Positions 29,719 to 41,092 of a stretch of DNA of 51,594 nt are shown one piece after another. The stretch lies in IMG/VR virus record IMGVR_UViG_2563366877_000002. One strand, written 5' to 3'. Position 1 is the first letter of the stretch; each line of letters opens with the position of its first letter. The notes below the pieces were generated by a model that saw only the letters and a list, made by a program, of their open reading frames with translations, was not told the DNA's origin and made no database searches. A program made the translations under genes and the position numbers. This stretch comes from a virus. Lineage: Duplodnaviria; Heunggongvirae; Uroviricota; Caudoviricetes.

Positions 29719-29931
29719 TCAAAGCGCCACTACATGAACAGCGGCAGGACCTTTAGGTCCGTTCTCAATACCAAATTCAACTTCCTGATTCTCAGTTAAT
29801 GTTTTGAAATCGTTGCTCTGAATTGCTGAGAAATGGACAAACACATCTTTGCTGCCATCTTTCGGCGTGATGAAACCAAAACCTTTTTCAGGGTTAAACC
29901 ATTTCACTAAACCAGTCATTTTGTTAGACAT
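29719..29931 (-). CDS. cspI: cold shock protein, CspA family
   Basis: 70 aa [34 protein letters not shown] with RNP1/RNP2 motifs. Confidence 0.85.
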   Translation of the reverse strand: MSNKMTGLVKWFNPEKGFGFITPKDGSKDVFVHFSAIQSNDFKTLTENQEVEFGIENGPKGPAAVHVVAL

Positions 29932-30294
29932 AATTATTACCTTTTGAAGAAATTAGCCCTTGGGCAGAATGGTCCGAAAAAAAATATCAGAGAGAAAAAC
30001 CAACAAGGAAATCTCAAGAGGTACAAATAATAAAATTATAACAATGACTGCTTCAGATAAATTTGTAACAAACCAGAACACCATTAACGCATGATTAACC
30101 ACCCATAGCAAGGATTACTTTTGTAAAGAAAAACACAGCAATGAAAGAATAGCTTTATTTATTAATAATAACGTGTCATTCTGATTAAGACCTTTTATCT
30201 TACCCTTAAGATTTCAGGAATTTTGGCTCATGGAAGAGTCCTTTTTATTTAAATTTTACATTCCGCGATGTAAATGTTCCGATTTAATATTACC

Positions 30295-31317
<1,023 letters not shown>

Positions 31318-31321
<4 letters not shown>

Positions 31322-31629
31322 ATATATTTATGATGAGGACGCTCGTGCTTATTGGCAGGATTTTCAATCTTAAAGGAGTACTGATGCTGCAGATAAGACT
31401 CAACTTTTTCTGACAATTTTTCTGCTACTTCCAGGAAGACTTGCCGGACGCTCCTTCTGGCTGCTGCCTCATAAAACTCCAGCGCAGCTCCTTCAACACG
31501 GTCCATGGCGACATCCAGGTCAAAAATTTCACCGTCAAAGCGTTCTTTGTCCTGTAAGGCTACAGTTACCGTAACTTTATTCTCAAAATTACGGACTCCT
31601 TTCACAACCAGTTCATAGTCTTGAGTCAT
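31318..31629 (-). CDS. ydfR: DUF1327-type prophage protein
   Basis: 103 aa between holin and endolysin as in Qin; family from memory. Confidence 0.6.
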
Positions 31630-31633
31630 TGGA

Positions 31634-31849
31634 TTACTCTCCTCTCGCAGCCTTACGCCTGTCTTCTTTAATCTTGAAATAAAGATTTGTCAGATACGTC
31701 AGCAGGCCAAAAACCAGGCTACCCAGCACACCGATTGCAGCCCACTGTGACGGAGTTACTTTATCGAGTAACTGCAATGCCCAGAAACCAGCATTACCCG
31801 CCGATGTGCCATAGGCAACACCTGTTGTTAACTTATCCATTGATTTCAT
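31634..31849 (-). CDS. essQ: pinholin (phage 21 S-type holin), dual-start motif MKSMDK
   Basis: 71 aa, two transmembrane segments, charged C-terminus; pairs with SAR endolysin. Confidence 0.8.
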   Translation of the reverse strand: MKSMDKLTTGVAYGTSAGNAGFWALQLLDKVTPSQWAAIGVLGSLVFGLLTYLTNLYFKIKEDRRKAARGE

Positions 31850-32068
31850 ATCCTCACCCCGATGTACACGGATGGTGCAATATGTTTGAAAAGATCGGAG
31901 TCTACGGGGTAGTTTTGACAGCACACGTTGTTCTCAACGGCGCTAAAAAAACATACACATTAAAAATGTGGGTAATTATTTTGAAAGAAAGTCATATATA
32001 AAATAATAATACGAGAAATGTTTTCATATTTAGTGTACTGTATACGGCCATTTATACAGGAAAAGCCT

Positions 32069-32239
32069 ATGTCAGAACGTAAAAACTCAAAATCACGCCG
32101 TAATTATCTCGTTAAATGTTCCTGCCCAAACTGCACCCAAGAGTCAGAACACAGTTTTTCAAGAGTACAAAAAGGTGCCCTTTTGATCTGCCCTCATTGC
32201 AACAAAGTATTCCAGACAAATCTTAAAGCTGTAGCCTGA
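32069..32239 (+). CDS. small zinc-ribbon protein (CxxC..CxxC), 56 aa
   Basis: MSERKNSKSRRNYLVKCSCPNCTQ..ICPHCNKVF; AGGA SD upstream; may match a Qin small protein (possibly ynfU). Confidence 0.45.
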   Translation: MSERKNSKSRRNYLVKCSCPNCTQESEHSFSRVQKGALLICPHCNKVFQTNLKAVA

Positions 32240-32297
32240 TTGATTTTATTAGTAACAAGTATTTTTTATATTTTAATAATATATTTAAAGCAGATAA

Positions 32298-32321
32298 TAA
32301 AAAACCCGCCTGAGCGGGTTT
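32298..32321 (-). terminator. rho-independent terminator (minus orientation, possibly bidirectional)
   Basis: stem aaacccgc/gcgggttt with A-run upstream on plus strand (T-run on minus). Confidence 0.45.
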
Positions 32322-32602
32322 GAGATTGTGGTGCTTTTTGTGGGAGTCATCCACTTACGCACTTTGTTTTGCCATGCCAGCAGTTAGCTTCTGCTGTAAA
32401 ACTATTCATGCAGCAAACCTGCACTTCACCACAATGGTTAGCATACTTTTCCTGATTAAGATTTTGCCAAATATGCTAGCCATTGTTTCATGTATTGGAC
32501 CTCCTTACTTTTTATTAAAGAGATCCAATATTCACTACTCTGTCCGTATCTCTACTCAGGCATCAGCCTTCTTCGTTATCGTATACAGACGAGCGATGAA
32601 TT

Positions 32603-32818
32603 TTAATCAGTAATGATGACATTTGCTGCTGCAGGACCTTTAGCACCACTCTCTATAGAGAAGGTAACCTTTTGACCTTCAAATAAGGTTCGATAATTAT
32701 CATTCTGAATCGCAGAAAAATGCACAAACACATCTTTACTACCATCAACAGGAGAAATAAAGCCGAAACCTTTATCAGCGTTAAACCATTTTACTAAACC
32801 AGTCATTTTATTTGACAT
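32603..32818 (-). CDS. cspB: cold shock protein, CspA family
   Basis: 71 aa [53 protein letters not shown]. Confidence 0.85.
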   Translation of the reverse strand: MSNKMTGLVKWFNADKGFGFISPVDGSKDVFVHFSAIQNDNYRTLFEGQKVTFSIESGAKGPAAANVIITD

Positions 32819-33118
32819 TCTACATTCCTTAACTTGAGCCTTTCGGCATAAATGGTTTGCATAACAGAAACGACTTCGTACTTAATTGGAGAGACTCAAA
32901 GAAGGAATAAGTGAATAACACCTGAAATGAGAACTGCTTTAGTAAACTACTTCGTATATCGTCTGTTCTTCAAACCGACGCAATCATTAACGCATAGTTG
33001 AACATATGAAGCAATGTTTATTTTAGACATCCAGCCATCTTCAACCCCATCAAAAAACTATAGCTTTCTTCAGGAACGTGTGTATAGTGCGCCAAGTTAT
33101 CAGTATTAAGGAATTTTT

Positions 33119-33331
33119 TTGTCCCGTAAAATGACAGGAATTGTCAAAACCTTTGACGGCAAAAGCGGCAAGGGTCTTATCACCCCATCCGATGGTCGTA
33201 TCGATGTCCAGCTTCATGTCTCAGCGCTCAATCTCCGCGATGCAGAAGAAATTACCACCGGATTACGCGTGGAATTTTGCCGGATAAATGGTCTGCGTGG
33301 CCCTTCAGCTGCCAATGTTTACCTTTCATGA
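33119..33331 (+). CDS. cspF: cold shock protein homologue, CspF/CspH type (TTG start)
   Basis: 70 aa (M)[25 protein letters not shown]; TTG start with AAGGA SD. Confidence 0.8.
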
Positions 33332-33621
33332 GCTATATTAAAGCTTTAATTTCAGGCCCCATCGGATCACACATGGAGAGTTTTTATGAATAACCCCGTC
33401 TGTCTTGATGACTGGTTGATTGGCTTTAAAAGCTTATGCTGTACTTTGGCCGTAATAGCTCTGCTAATAATATAATAAGCAGACTCATTGTGTTTAGGGA
33501 CATTGTACTGGAAGAAAACATTTTAAACATCAGGCAAATAACCAAGTCACCAGCTAAATAATAAGTTAACAGACATGAGTCCCGGGATGAGATTCAACAT
33601 TACCATTGCCCCATTTAAAGC

Positions 33622-33656
33622 ACAAAACCCGCTCATCAGCGGGTTTTCTACTTTTT
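33622..33656. terminator. rho-independent terminator between cspF and Q (tR-prime-like position)
   Basis: stem aaacccgc/gcgggttt flanked by A-run and T-run. Confidence 0.45.
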
Positions 33657-33752
33657 CTTAACGTCGGGTATACAAAGCCCATCGTTGAAAAAATTTTATC
33701 CATATTTTTTGAAAAATGCAAACATCATGTCGCCATCTTCAGCAAAAATCAT

Positions 33753-34505
33753 TTATCTCGTCACCTTCCTCAATTGCGCTTCCGCGTATGCTTCTTCCTG
33801 CCAGCACTTTGTTACCAGTTTACCAATGACGTCCGCATACCCCTTATACCACTGATAATCGGTCAGGTCTGGTACCAGCTTCTGGACATGACGTCGTGCC
33901 AGCGTGGTCGGTAAACGACTAAACCGGTTTCCATTACAACGCCCACAAATCTTATATACCGGTACGCCATGAAACCGGGTTCTTTTTTCATCCAGAACAA
34001 TCCCTTTACCCTTACACCCTCTGCACGCTGTGCTGGCTTCGCCCTTACCATGGCAATGCTGACATAGTTCCTTCACCCATTCTTCCTTGATTACAGATTC
34101 CCCGCGTCTGTAGTGTTTCACCACTTCGCGCAATACATTATAAAATCCCGTACCTGAACAATGCTCACAGCGAGCCTTACTTGCCGCAGACCTGGAGTAA
34201 TCAGCAAAGGCAAAACTCACGAGGTAAGGAATAATCTGTAACCGGATTTCTTCACTCAATTTGTTCAATGTCGGGTTATCCAGTGCCATCGCGTAATTTA
34301 GCAGGCCTTCAATCGCAAACTGAGGGTCCTGAACACCAACTTTTGCCAGAAATAAGGCCAACCCAAGTGGTGCTTTCGACTGCACCATCCCCTGCGCTGC
34401 CATTACATCCGTAATTGTTAAACAACCGGTGCCTGTCGCTGGAGCGTCATCGCTCAATTTTGGAGATTTTGGGGAGTAATATTTTGGTAAGGCTTCAAGG
34501 TTCAT
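33753..34505 (-). CDS. quuQ: late gene antiterminator Q-like protein
   Basis: 250 aa from MNLEALPKYY; Cys/His zinc-finger motifs (CEHCSGTG, CQHCHGKG, CRGCKGKG). Confidence 0.75.
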   Translation of the reverse strand: MNLEALPKYYSPKSPKLSDDAPATGTGCLTITDVMAAQGMVQSKAPLGLALFLAKVGVQDPQFAIEGLLNYAMALDNPTLNKLSEEIRLQIIPYLVSFAFADYSRSAASKARCEHCSGTGFYNVLREVVKHYRRGESVIKEEWVKELCQHCHGKGEASTACRGCKGKGIVLDEKRTRFHGVPVYKICGRCNGNRFSRLPTTLARRHVQKLVPDLTDYQWYKGYADVIGKLVTKCWQEEAYAEAQLRKVTR

Positions 34506-34518
34506 GCTCGTTCTCCAC

Positions 34519-35607
34519 TTACGCCAGTACGCCAATTGCCAGCGCGCGATCGATAAAACGAAATATCAGCTCCAGTTGGGAGCCATACTTATCTTCAAAT
34601 GCCACTGTATCCGTATGCAGCTCGTTGTGATGCTTTCTGCACAAAGGCAACACAAAGAGATCATGTGCTTTTGTTCCCATTCCGCCCTGCCCGTGACCAA
34701 TCAGATGATGCGGATCGTCGGCTGGCATACCGCAGCAAGCACACGGCTGTGTCTTAACCCAACGTGTGTATTTCTCCTTAACCCAGCGGCGACGTTTAGG
34801 CAGCTTCATGAAAGATTCCGGAGACTCTGGATCAACGGTGATGCTTACCACCGTCTTTTCCTGTGGTGATTTTTGTTGCTGGTGGGCGTAAGGCAACGGT
34901 GCAAGATTTTTTGTGCGTTGTTTCAATATGCTGGTGGCGGTCTGCTCTCCCGGTACGATGTCGCTTTCGCGGTACACCGAGCAGATTTTTTCCGCTGGTA
35001 ATCCCAGCGAACGACGCGATACAGCCTCAGGTAGTGCATCCACCACCTGATTGCAGACCGCCCACCAGGATAATTCAGCCAAAGATAATTCCCGCTCCTG
35101 CGTACCGCTTATTGCGTGACGGATGACGTCAATCACCCATGCTGTCAGATTTTGTTGAGCAAGCAGCTCCAGTGATTCCGATGTCTGGTCACGCAGTTGG
35201 TTGTCGCAGTGCCAGCACAACACCATTGCGCCGGTACCATAACGGTGAATGACTGTTTCAGTGTGATGGTAATCGCCATTAGGCCACTGGCAGGATGTAA
35301 CATGACGTAATAGCCAGTCGGACAATGCGCCAACGCCGCCAGCAGCACGAATCACCCGTTCGTTACTAAAAAACGGCAGCAATGTTTTGTCTTCCGCCAG
35401 CGGCTGGCGAACGGCAGGAACGACTCCGGATGGCAGATTACGCATGCTTTTTGGTTCCGGTTCCACCAGCACTCGAGGATTATGAAATATCTGTATGGAT
35501 TCACGGCCCGGCTTAAGGACCACCAGCCCAAGCTCAGGCACCAGAACAGGTCTAAGTAATACCCGCACGTTACCTCCAGATCCGTTGCTGGAAAGTGCGG
35601 GACGCAC
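34519..35607 (-). CDS. ydfU: DUF968-type prophage protein with HNH-like Cys/His motif
   Basis: 362-aa ORF (true start uncertain); C-terminal CACCGMPADDPHHLIGHGQGG..CRKHHNELH. Confidence 0.65.
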   Translation of the reverse strand: MRPALSSNGSGGNVRVLLRPVLVPELGLVVLKPGRESIQIFHNPRVLVEPEPKSMRNLPSGVVPAVRQPLAEDKTLLPFFSNERVIRAAGGVGALSDWLLRHVTSCQWPNGDYHHTETVIHRYGTGAMVLCWHCDNQLRDQTSESLELLAQQNLTAWVIDVIRHAISGTQERELSLAELSWWAVCNQVVDALPEAVSRRSLGLPAEKICSVYRESDIVPGEQTATSILKQRTKNLAPLPYAHQQQKSPQEKTVVSITVDPESPESFMKLPKRRRWVKEKYTRWVKTQPCACCGMPADDPHHLIGHGQGGMGTKAHDLFVLPLCRKHHNELHTDTVAFEDKYGSQLELIFRFIDRALAIGVLA

Positions 35608-35848
35608 GTGGTGGGCGTTCGGAATAAGGCAGCCTGACAGAGATTATCCAGTGCCGATAGTCGAGACTGAGAGCTTTCTTAACCTCGAACCCGCGCCTGC
35701 GGTAAGAATGAATCAGCCATTCGGCCTGTTCTGCAGTGCATGGAGGGTGCTGGAACCATTCAGACTTGAATGCGTGAGAATACCGCCCGTGCGTGCAGGC
35801 AAGAACGGGCGAATTATCAGAATTGTAATATTTTGCGTTGCGTGCCAT
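35570..35848 (-). CDS. rem: Rem-like small protein
   Basis: 92-aa ORF upstream of ydfU; name by Qin synteny from memory. Confidence 0.5.
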   Translation of the reverse strand: MARNAKYYNSDNSPVLACTHGRYSHAFKSEWFQHPPCTAEQAEWLIHSYRRRGFEVKKALSLDYRHWIISVRLPYSERPPRASRTFQQRIWR

Positions 35849-35914
35849 CGGTTTTCTCCGGTGGCACGGTGTTACTCAGCGGGAGTTCAGCCCCGCGCAA
35901 GATTGTAGATGAGT

Positions 35915-36166
35915 TTATTCTCCTGAAAAAGCAGAAAAGCCAGCTTTTATTCCGATCTCTTTCAATGCCTGTAATGAAGTGACAAACTCACCTTCGCGCA
36001 AGATAAATCCGTCCGTGACCCGAGCATCCACAAAATTAATTAACGCAGCCCCATTCTTTCGCAAACACATAATGCGGTAATGACTAACAAGATTTCCATT
36101 TTCAACGCACACAGCATAGAGGCCATCTTCACAAAAAATTTTACGCAGTTCTTCGATGTTCATCAT
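35915..36166 (-). CDS. hypothetical 83-aa protein
   Basis: ORF between rem and hokD; no recognisable motif. Confidence 0.4.
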   Translation of the reverse strand: MMNIEELRKIFCEDGLYAVCVENGNLVSHYRIMCLRKNGAALINFVDARVTDGFILREGEFVTSLQALKEIGIKAGFSAFSGE

Positions 36167-36282
36167 CAGAATCCTTCCGGATAATTAGCTCTCCCCTTTA
36201 AGGGACCATCCCTCTTATCCCTGCGCGCTACTTAAGTATTTTTGATTCTATTCCGGCACCGTCCAGAACTTCAAACGCGTTG

Positions 36283-36314
36283 AAAATAAAAACAAAAACC
36301 CGCCGAAGCGGGTT
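36283..36314 (-). terminator. rho-independent terminator downstream of hokD
   Basis: stem aacccgc/gcgggtt followed by T-rich run on minus strand. Confidence 0.55.
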
Positions 36315-36382
36315 AAGTGCGGGTGCGTTGAGGATGCCTGCCACATCAGAGGTGGCGAGGGATTTCTCCCCCGCCGGGTCTC

Positions 36383-36538
36383 TTACTCCTCAGGTTCGTA
36401 AGCTGTGAAGACAGCGACCTCCGTCTGGCCGGTTCGGATTCGTACCTCGCAGAGGTCTTTCCTCGTTACCAGTGCCGTCACTATGACGGTTAAACAGATG
36501 ACGATCAGGGCGATTAACATCGCCTTTTGCTGCTTCAT
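36383..36538 (-). CDS. hokD: Hok-family type I toxin
   Basis: 51 aa MKQQKAMLIALIVICLTVIVTALVTRKDLCEVRIRTGQTEVAVFTAYEPEE; hand translated; track only shows antisense ORF here. Confidence 0.85.
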   Translation of the reverse strand: MKQQKAMLIALIVICLTVIVTALVTRKDLCEVRIRTGQTEVAVFTAYEPEE

Positions 36539-36609
36539 AGCCTGCTTCTCCTGTCAACGCAAAGCAGAAGTGTCACCTTCGGTGCGAAACAGAGATGTCA
36601 TGCTTTGGT

Positions 36610-36897
36610 TCAGAGAATGCGTTTGACCGCCTCGCTATATACTTCCGAGCGTTCTCTTTTCCCAACAGAAATCACGAAAACGACAACTTTCTCGTCTATA
36701 ACCTGGTATACAAGGCGATAGCCTGAAGACCGGAGCTTAATCTTGTAACAATCAGGCATACCACGGAGCTTGTTTGCTTCAATCCGGGGTGACTCAAGTA
36801 CTTCAACCAGCTTCTTTTTCAACTGTTCACGTACCGTCGAGCCCAGCTTTCGCCATTCCTTTAGTGCCCGCTCGTCAAAATCCAGAAAATACGCCAT
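36610..36897 (-). CDS. relE: RelE toxin (mRNA interferase)
   Basis: 95 aa, RelE-like. Confidence 0.85.
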   Translation of the reverse strand: MAYFLDFDERALKEWRKLGSTVREQLKKKLVEVLESPRIEANKLRGMPDCYKIKLRSSGYRLVYQVIDEKVVVFVISVGKRERSEVYSEAVKRIL

Positions 36898-37136
36898 CAG
36901 AGTTCATCCAGCGTCACACGTACTGGCTTAGGATTACGAAGCCGTTCTTTCACTATCTCCACAAGTTCAGCATCTTCATCACTCAGGAGTGTCTGTTTGA
37001 ACGGCAAGCGTTCATTGTCAGCGATATACTCGAGCATGAGACGAAGCGCTTCAGAAGGAGTTACACCCATTTTTTCAAGCGCGGCGTAAGAACGCGCTTT
37101 AAGTTCATCGTCAATACGCAGGTTAATGCTACCCAT
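36897..37136 (-). CDS. relB: RelB antitoxin
   Basis: 79 aa, overlaps relE start by 1 nt. Confidence 0.85.
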   Translation of the reverse strand: MGSINLRIDDELKARSYAALEKMGVTPSEALRLMLEYIADNERLPFKQTLLSDEDAELVEIVKERLRNPKPVRVTLDEL

Positions 37137-37160
37137 GTCTTACACCTCTTGTAATTACAA

Positions 37161-37466
37161 ATGTCATTACAAGTATCGCACTACAACATGCTTAGGGCAA
37201 GTCACGAAGGAAGTCAGAAAGTAGTCGTAAGAACGGTGATCACTGTCCGCTTTGTGCCAGGAGCAGCCATTGCTAAGTCCATCCTGTATTGTGCAGGTCA
37301 GCTCGTTTTTAAAGAGTCCGGCCATCATCTTACTGGTACAGACACCATATACTTTGTGACGGTCAGGCTACATATGCACAACTCAACTTATTCATCTATT
37401 TTTTGCTTTAGCATGTCAGTGTTGCTTTCTCGTCGGCGGGTGAGCGGTGACCTGACCTGTCGATAA
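37161..37466 (+). CDS. ydfV: hypothetical protein, YdfV-like
   Basis: 101-aa ORF between relB and flxA; name by synteny. Confidence 0.4.
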   Translation: MSLQVSHYNMLRASHEGSQKVVVRTVITVRFVPGAAIAKSILYCAGQLVFKESGHHLTGTDTIYFVTVRLHMHNSTYSSIFCFSMSVLLSRRRVSGDLTCR

Positions 37467-37618
37467 AGGAACGTAGCACGTTTTATGCAACACCCGCATG
37501 CGGCAGAAAATTATTGCCGAACGTTTACCCCTGTCAACAAGCTTTACTTTCTGAGGCGCGCCAGCCCGCGAGGAAAACAATCTGAACATCAAACAATTAA
37601 TGACACAAGAAATACGAT

Positions 37619-37645
37619 TAAAGATTTTTTTGTGCATGCCGATAG
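37619..37645 (+). promoter_or_regulatory. sigma-28 (FliA) type promoter upstream of flxA
   Basis: TAAAGATT-N11-GCCGATAG, 14/16 match to remembered consensus TAAAGTTT-N11-GCCGATAA, about 24 nt upstream of flxA ATG. Confidence 0.55.
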
Positions 37646-37668
37646 TGCTTTTTTAAAAGGAGAAATCT

Positions 37669-38001
37669 ATGTCTGTCACAATTCAGGGAAATACCTCAAC
37701 CGTTATTTCAAACAACTCCGCCCCGGAAGGAACATCAGAAATAGCCAAAATCACAAGACAAATTCAGGTGCTGACTGAAAAGCTTGGGAAAATCTCATCG
37801 GAAGAGGGGATGACGACACAGCAGAAAAAAGAAATGGCTGCATTGGTACAGAAGCAAATTGAAAGCCTCAGGGCTCAACTGGAGCAGTTGTTAAGGCAGC
37901 AGGCAGAGAAAAAGAATAAAGACGCGACAGTTCAGCCTGATAAAAAAGAAGAGAAAAAAGACGATACAAATACCGCTGGCACCATTGATATTTACGTCTA
38001 A
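37669..38001 (+). CDS. flxA: FlxA-like protein
   Basis: 110 aa, coiled-coil, Lys/Glu-rich C-terminus. Confidence 0.7.
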   Translation: MSVTIQGNTSTVISNNSAPEGTSEIAKITRQIQVLTEKLGKISSEEGMTTQQKKEMAALVQKQIESLRAQLEQLLRQQAEKKNKDATVQPDKKEEKKDDTNTAGTIDIYV

Positions 38002-38015
38002 GTGACAGCCGTATT

Positions 38016-38038
38016 GTGGCCCTCATCGGGCCACTTTT
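38016..38038 (+). terminator. rho-independent terminator after flxA
   Basis: stem gtggccc/gggccac followed by TTTT. Confidence 0.6.
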
Positions 38039-38437
38039 CGCCATCAGCCTTTTCTTTAAAGACATATTATCTTTGTATCATTTCTGATAGTTAACATTAC
38101 AAGATATAAGTAATGGACGCACTCCCAATTAGTCTATTTAAATCGCCACGAGTTTAACTGACAACCCATGATCAATTATGAATTGCAACTATTTCTGTAG
38201 TCACTTTTGTGGGGACAGTCCACAAAACTGCCAACTTCCGCTTCTTGCTCTTAGCGGACATTAGCATAGGCTATTTACCATAACGCCTCATTACGCGCAC
38301 CGCCCAGACTGACTCAGCGCGTTTCTGGCATATCCCCGGTAAAACAAGTAACAAACCACCCGAAAATGAACACCAGAAACGCGACTTAAGAATCTACCCT
38401 ATGAATGGATATGCACTCAACCGAATCGATCTTGGTT

Positions 38438-38990
38438 TCAATCTTTTTTATCGGGATCAGGCTTCTTTTTAGGTAACTTCGGGGGCTTAACTTGCTGATG
38501 ACTTTGCGTTCGGCGCGTAAGCCAGGGATGGTCAGCTTTAGGTTTAACATAGTATTTTGAGCGTAAATCAATACGGGCATTATCCACTCGTTCATGGACA
38601 CTCTTTTCATCATCCAGTGGTATAGGCTCCGGGCCATCAACATACTTTTCCCAGCCCAGCGCTTTCCCGTCATACAGAACGTTAATTTCACCGTCAAAGT
38701 TCTCGCATACAGTAACAACCGAATGCCTAAGTCGATATCCCCGGCCCTCACTGCGTACCTGAAACGCACTGCTTTTGTACTGGAAAGTGAGATTTTTAGA
38801 CAGAACGCGCTTCGCCTGTAGGCTGAAGATATAACCCAGTTCCTCTTCAGAATGGTGCACATCAAGATGAGCATTATCAGTAGTACGAGGCGACGTAGCG
38901 AACCGGTTGTTATAGGCTTCAATAAAGGTCGGCAACCATGCATTTGCTGTTTCAATATCACTGATATTCTGAAGCCGCATTTCTTTGACC
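38438..38990 (-). pseudogene. C-terminal fragment of a DDE (rve) transposase interrupted by IS629
   Basis: reading frame continues from the 40301-40683 fragment across the IS629 insertion. Confidence 0.55.
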
Positions 38991-39032
38991 TGAACCGCCC
39001 CGGGTTTCCTGGAGAGTGTTTTATCTGTGAAC

Positions 39033-39923
39033 TCAGGCTGCCAGATCATCGTTTCCGATGGAAGCATAATAAGCTTTTTCTGCTTCTGCCGGAGGAGTAT
39101 GGCCCAGCCTTTCCAGCAATCGTCGATTGTTATACCAGTCCACCCACGTGAGTGTGGCCAGTTCCACTTCTGCACGGTTTTTCCAGCTCTTACGGTGTAT
39201 TACCTCCGCTTTGTAAAGACCATTGATGCTCTCCGCCATCGCGTTGTCATACGAGTCGCCTGTACTTCCTGTTGATGCCAGTAATCCGGCTTCCTTAAGC
39301 CGCTGTGTGTAGGCCAGCGATACATACTGAGAACCTTTATCACTGTGATGGACCGTGCCGGACGGTCGACGGGCCCATAACGCCTGCTCCAGTGCATCCA
39401 GCACGAATGTCGTTTCCATGGACGATGAGACCCGCCACCCCACGATGTATCCGGCAAACACATCAATGATGAACGCCACATAGACGAAGCCCCGCCATGT
39501 GCTGACGTAAGTAAAATCAGCCACCCACAGCTGGTCAGGTCGTTCTGCCACGAACTGACGGTTTACGCGGTCGCCTGCGGCAACGGCTTTCCGGCTGATG
39601 GTCGTACGGACCTTTTTACCCCGGAGAACACCGGCAAGTCCCATAACCGCCATGAGACGTGCCACAGTGCATCTGGCCACTCTGATACCTTCCCGTAACA
39701 ACTGACGCCAGACTTTACGCACACCGTATACCTTGTGATTTTCATCGTATACGCGCTGTATCTCTTTCTTCAGCCAGTCATCGCGCTGCGCACGGGCACT
39801 GCGTTTATCCGGATGATGTCGCTGTTGCTGACAGTGGTAATACGTTGACGGGGCAATATGCAGTTCGCTGCATAGCGGTCCGACCCCGTACTGCTCACGC
39901 AGCTTATCCAGCAGTGGCATCAT
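39033..39923 (-). CDS. IS629-type transposase OrfB (rve)
   Basis: 296 aa DDE catalytic core. Confidence 0.85.
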   Translation of the reverse strand: MMPLLDKLREQYGVGPLCSELHIAPSTYYHCQQQRHHPDKRSARAQRDDWLKKEIQRVYDENHKVYGVRKVWRQLLREGIRVARCTVARLMAVMGLAGVLRGKKVRTTISRKAVAAGDRVNRQFVAERPDQLWVADFTYVSTWRGFVYVAFIIDVFAGYIVGWRVSSSMETTFVLDALEQALWARRPSGTVHHSDKGSQYVSLAYTQRLKEAGLLASTGSTGDSYDNAMAESINGLYKAEVIHRKSWKNRAEVELATLTWVDWYNNRRLLERLGHTPPAEAEKAYYASIGNDDLAA

Positions 39924-40246
39924 TTTTTCCAGAGGCGGTCGAACTCCGCCTTCGCAAAATAAGCGGAAGCCTGGCGAAGGATATCGTTACTGCGGCGCAG
40001 TTCACGATTTTCACGTTCCAGCTCTTTCAGACGCTGACGTTCAGCGGTGGTGAGCCCTCCATCACCGCCCCCGGTATCCCGCTCATGCTGGCGAACCCAG
40101 ACACGCAGAGTCTCCGGCGTACAGCCAATCTTTGGAGCAATGGAACAAATTGTCGCCCATTGTGAGTCATATTCGCTCTGACTTTCCAGAACCATACGGA
40201 CTGCCCGTTGACGGACTTCGGGGGAAAAACGAGTATTTTTAGTCAT
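39920..40246 (-). CDS. IS629-type transposase OrfA (HTH)
   Basis: 108 aa [35 protein letters not shown]. Confidence 0.85.
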   Translation of the reverse strand: MTKNTRFSPEVRQRAVRMVLESQSEYDSQWATICSIAPKIGCTPETLRVWVRQHERDTGGGDGGLTTAERQRLKELERENRELRRSNDILRQASAYFAKAEFDRLWKK

Positions 40247-40300
40247 CCTGTTTACCTCTTTCTCAGGAAGTTTAGTCTCCAGGATTCCCGGGGCGGTTCA

Positions 40301-40683
40301 ACCAGCCTGTCCTGTAGTGTCTGATTGGCGCGCTCTACCCGCCCTTTTGCCTGCGGGCTGTTGGCATGGATTGGCTCGATGCCCAGTGTCTTTATCGCAC
40401 GAGTGAACTGGGTCAGCTCACCTTCCCGCTCTGGGTTATTTACCCTGAATATACTGTGTCTATCAGAGTAGAGAGCGAGCGGTACGCCATGATCATTAAG
40501 GTAACCCCGGAGGGTTTCCATGTAAGCCCGGGTTGTTTCAGCAGGCACAAAACGCAACGCCATCAACGCACTGGTGGCATCATCAATGAAAACGATCAGT
40601 GTACATCTGGGGCCTCGATTTTCAAACCAGTCATGAGGTGAGCCATCAATCTGGATCAGTTCACCGTAAGATGGTCGTCGCAT
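40301..40683 (-). pseudogene. middle fragment (rve core) of the transposase interrupted by IS629
   Basis: LIQIDGSPHDWFENRG..FIDDATS integrase-core motifs; frame differs from the N-terminal fragment. Confidence 0.55.
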
Positions 40684-40720
40684 GCGGCGTTGATATATAC
40701 GGGCAATTTTACGACGGCGT

Positions 40721-41092
40721 TCACGCCATACCCCCCTCTTCTATCATCCACTTTCTGAGAGTTTCAACGGATAAAGATAAACCGTGTATCTCGCGCAATT
40801 TTTCGCACGCAAACGTAGGTCCAAAATCAGCGTAACGGCCTTTGAGGAGTGAAATTACTGTTGCTCTGAATTCAGTAGAAAAGGAATTATTAGGACGCTT
40901 TCCACGTCGGTGGGAAACCAGACCAGAAGGCCCTTCATTTCTATACCGTTGCACCAGACGTTTAACCTGCCGAATAGAAATGCCAATGCGTGCCGCAGCT
41001 TGTTCCTGAGTAATATGTCGATTAATTGACTCCTGAATAATCTGAAGTCGGTGGAGTTCCTTATGACTCATCGTAACAGTTTCTTTGGTCAT
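40721..41092 (-). CDS. transposase N-terminal HTH fragment of the degenerate host IS
   Basis: 123-aa HTH-containing ORF upstream of, and out of frame with, the rve fragment. Confidence 0.5.
   Translation of the reverse strand: MTKETVTMSHKELHRLQIIQESINRHITQEQAAARIGISIRQVKRLVQRYRNEGPSGLVSHRRGKRPNNSFSTEFRATVISLLKGRYADFGPTFACEKLREIHGLSLSVETLRKWMIEEGGMA

Larger units (their letters stand above)
38991..40300 (-). mobile_element. IS629-type IS3-family insertion sequence (1310 bp)
   Basis: termini TGAACCGCCCCGGG at both ends (inverted); 3-bp direct repeat ACC on both flanks; orfA plus orfB. Confidence 0.85.

Noticed and set aside
36405-36626. Track ORF on plus strand overlapping hokD
   Set aside because: It is the antisense of the hok coding sequence; the real gene is the 51-aa hokD on the minus strand. 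An antisense Sok RNA may exist here, but not this ORF.
38386-39175. Track ORFs 38386-38961 and 38438-39175 (minus)
   Set aside because: One is an out-of-frame overlap and the other reads through the IS629 terminal repeat; only 38438-38990 is a genuine transposase fragment.
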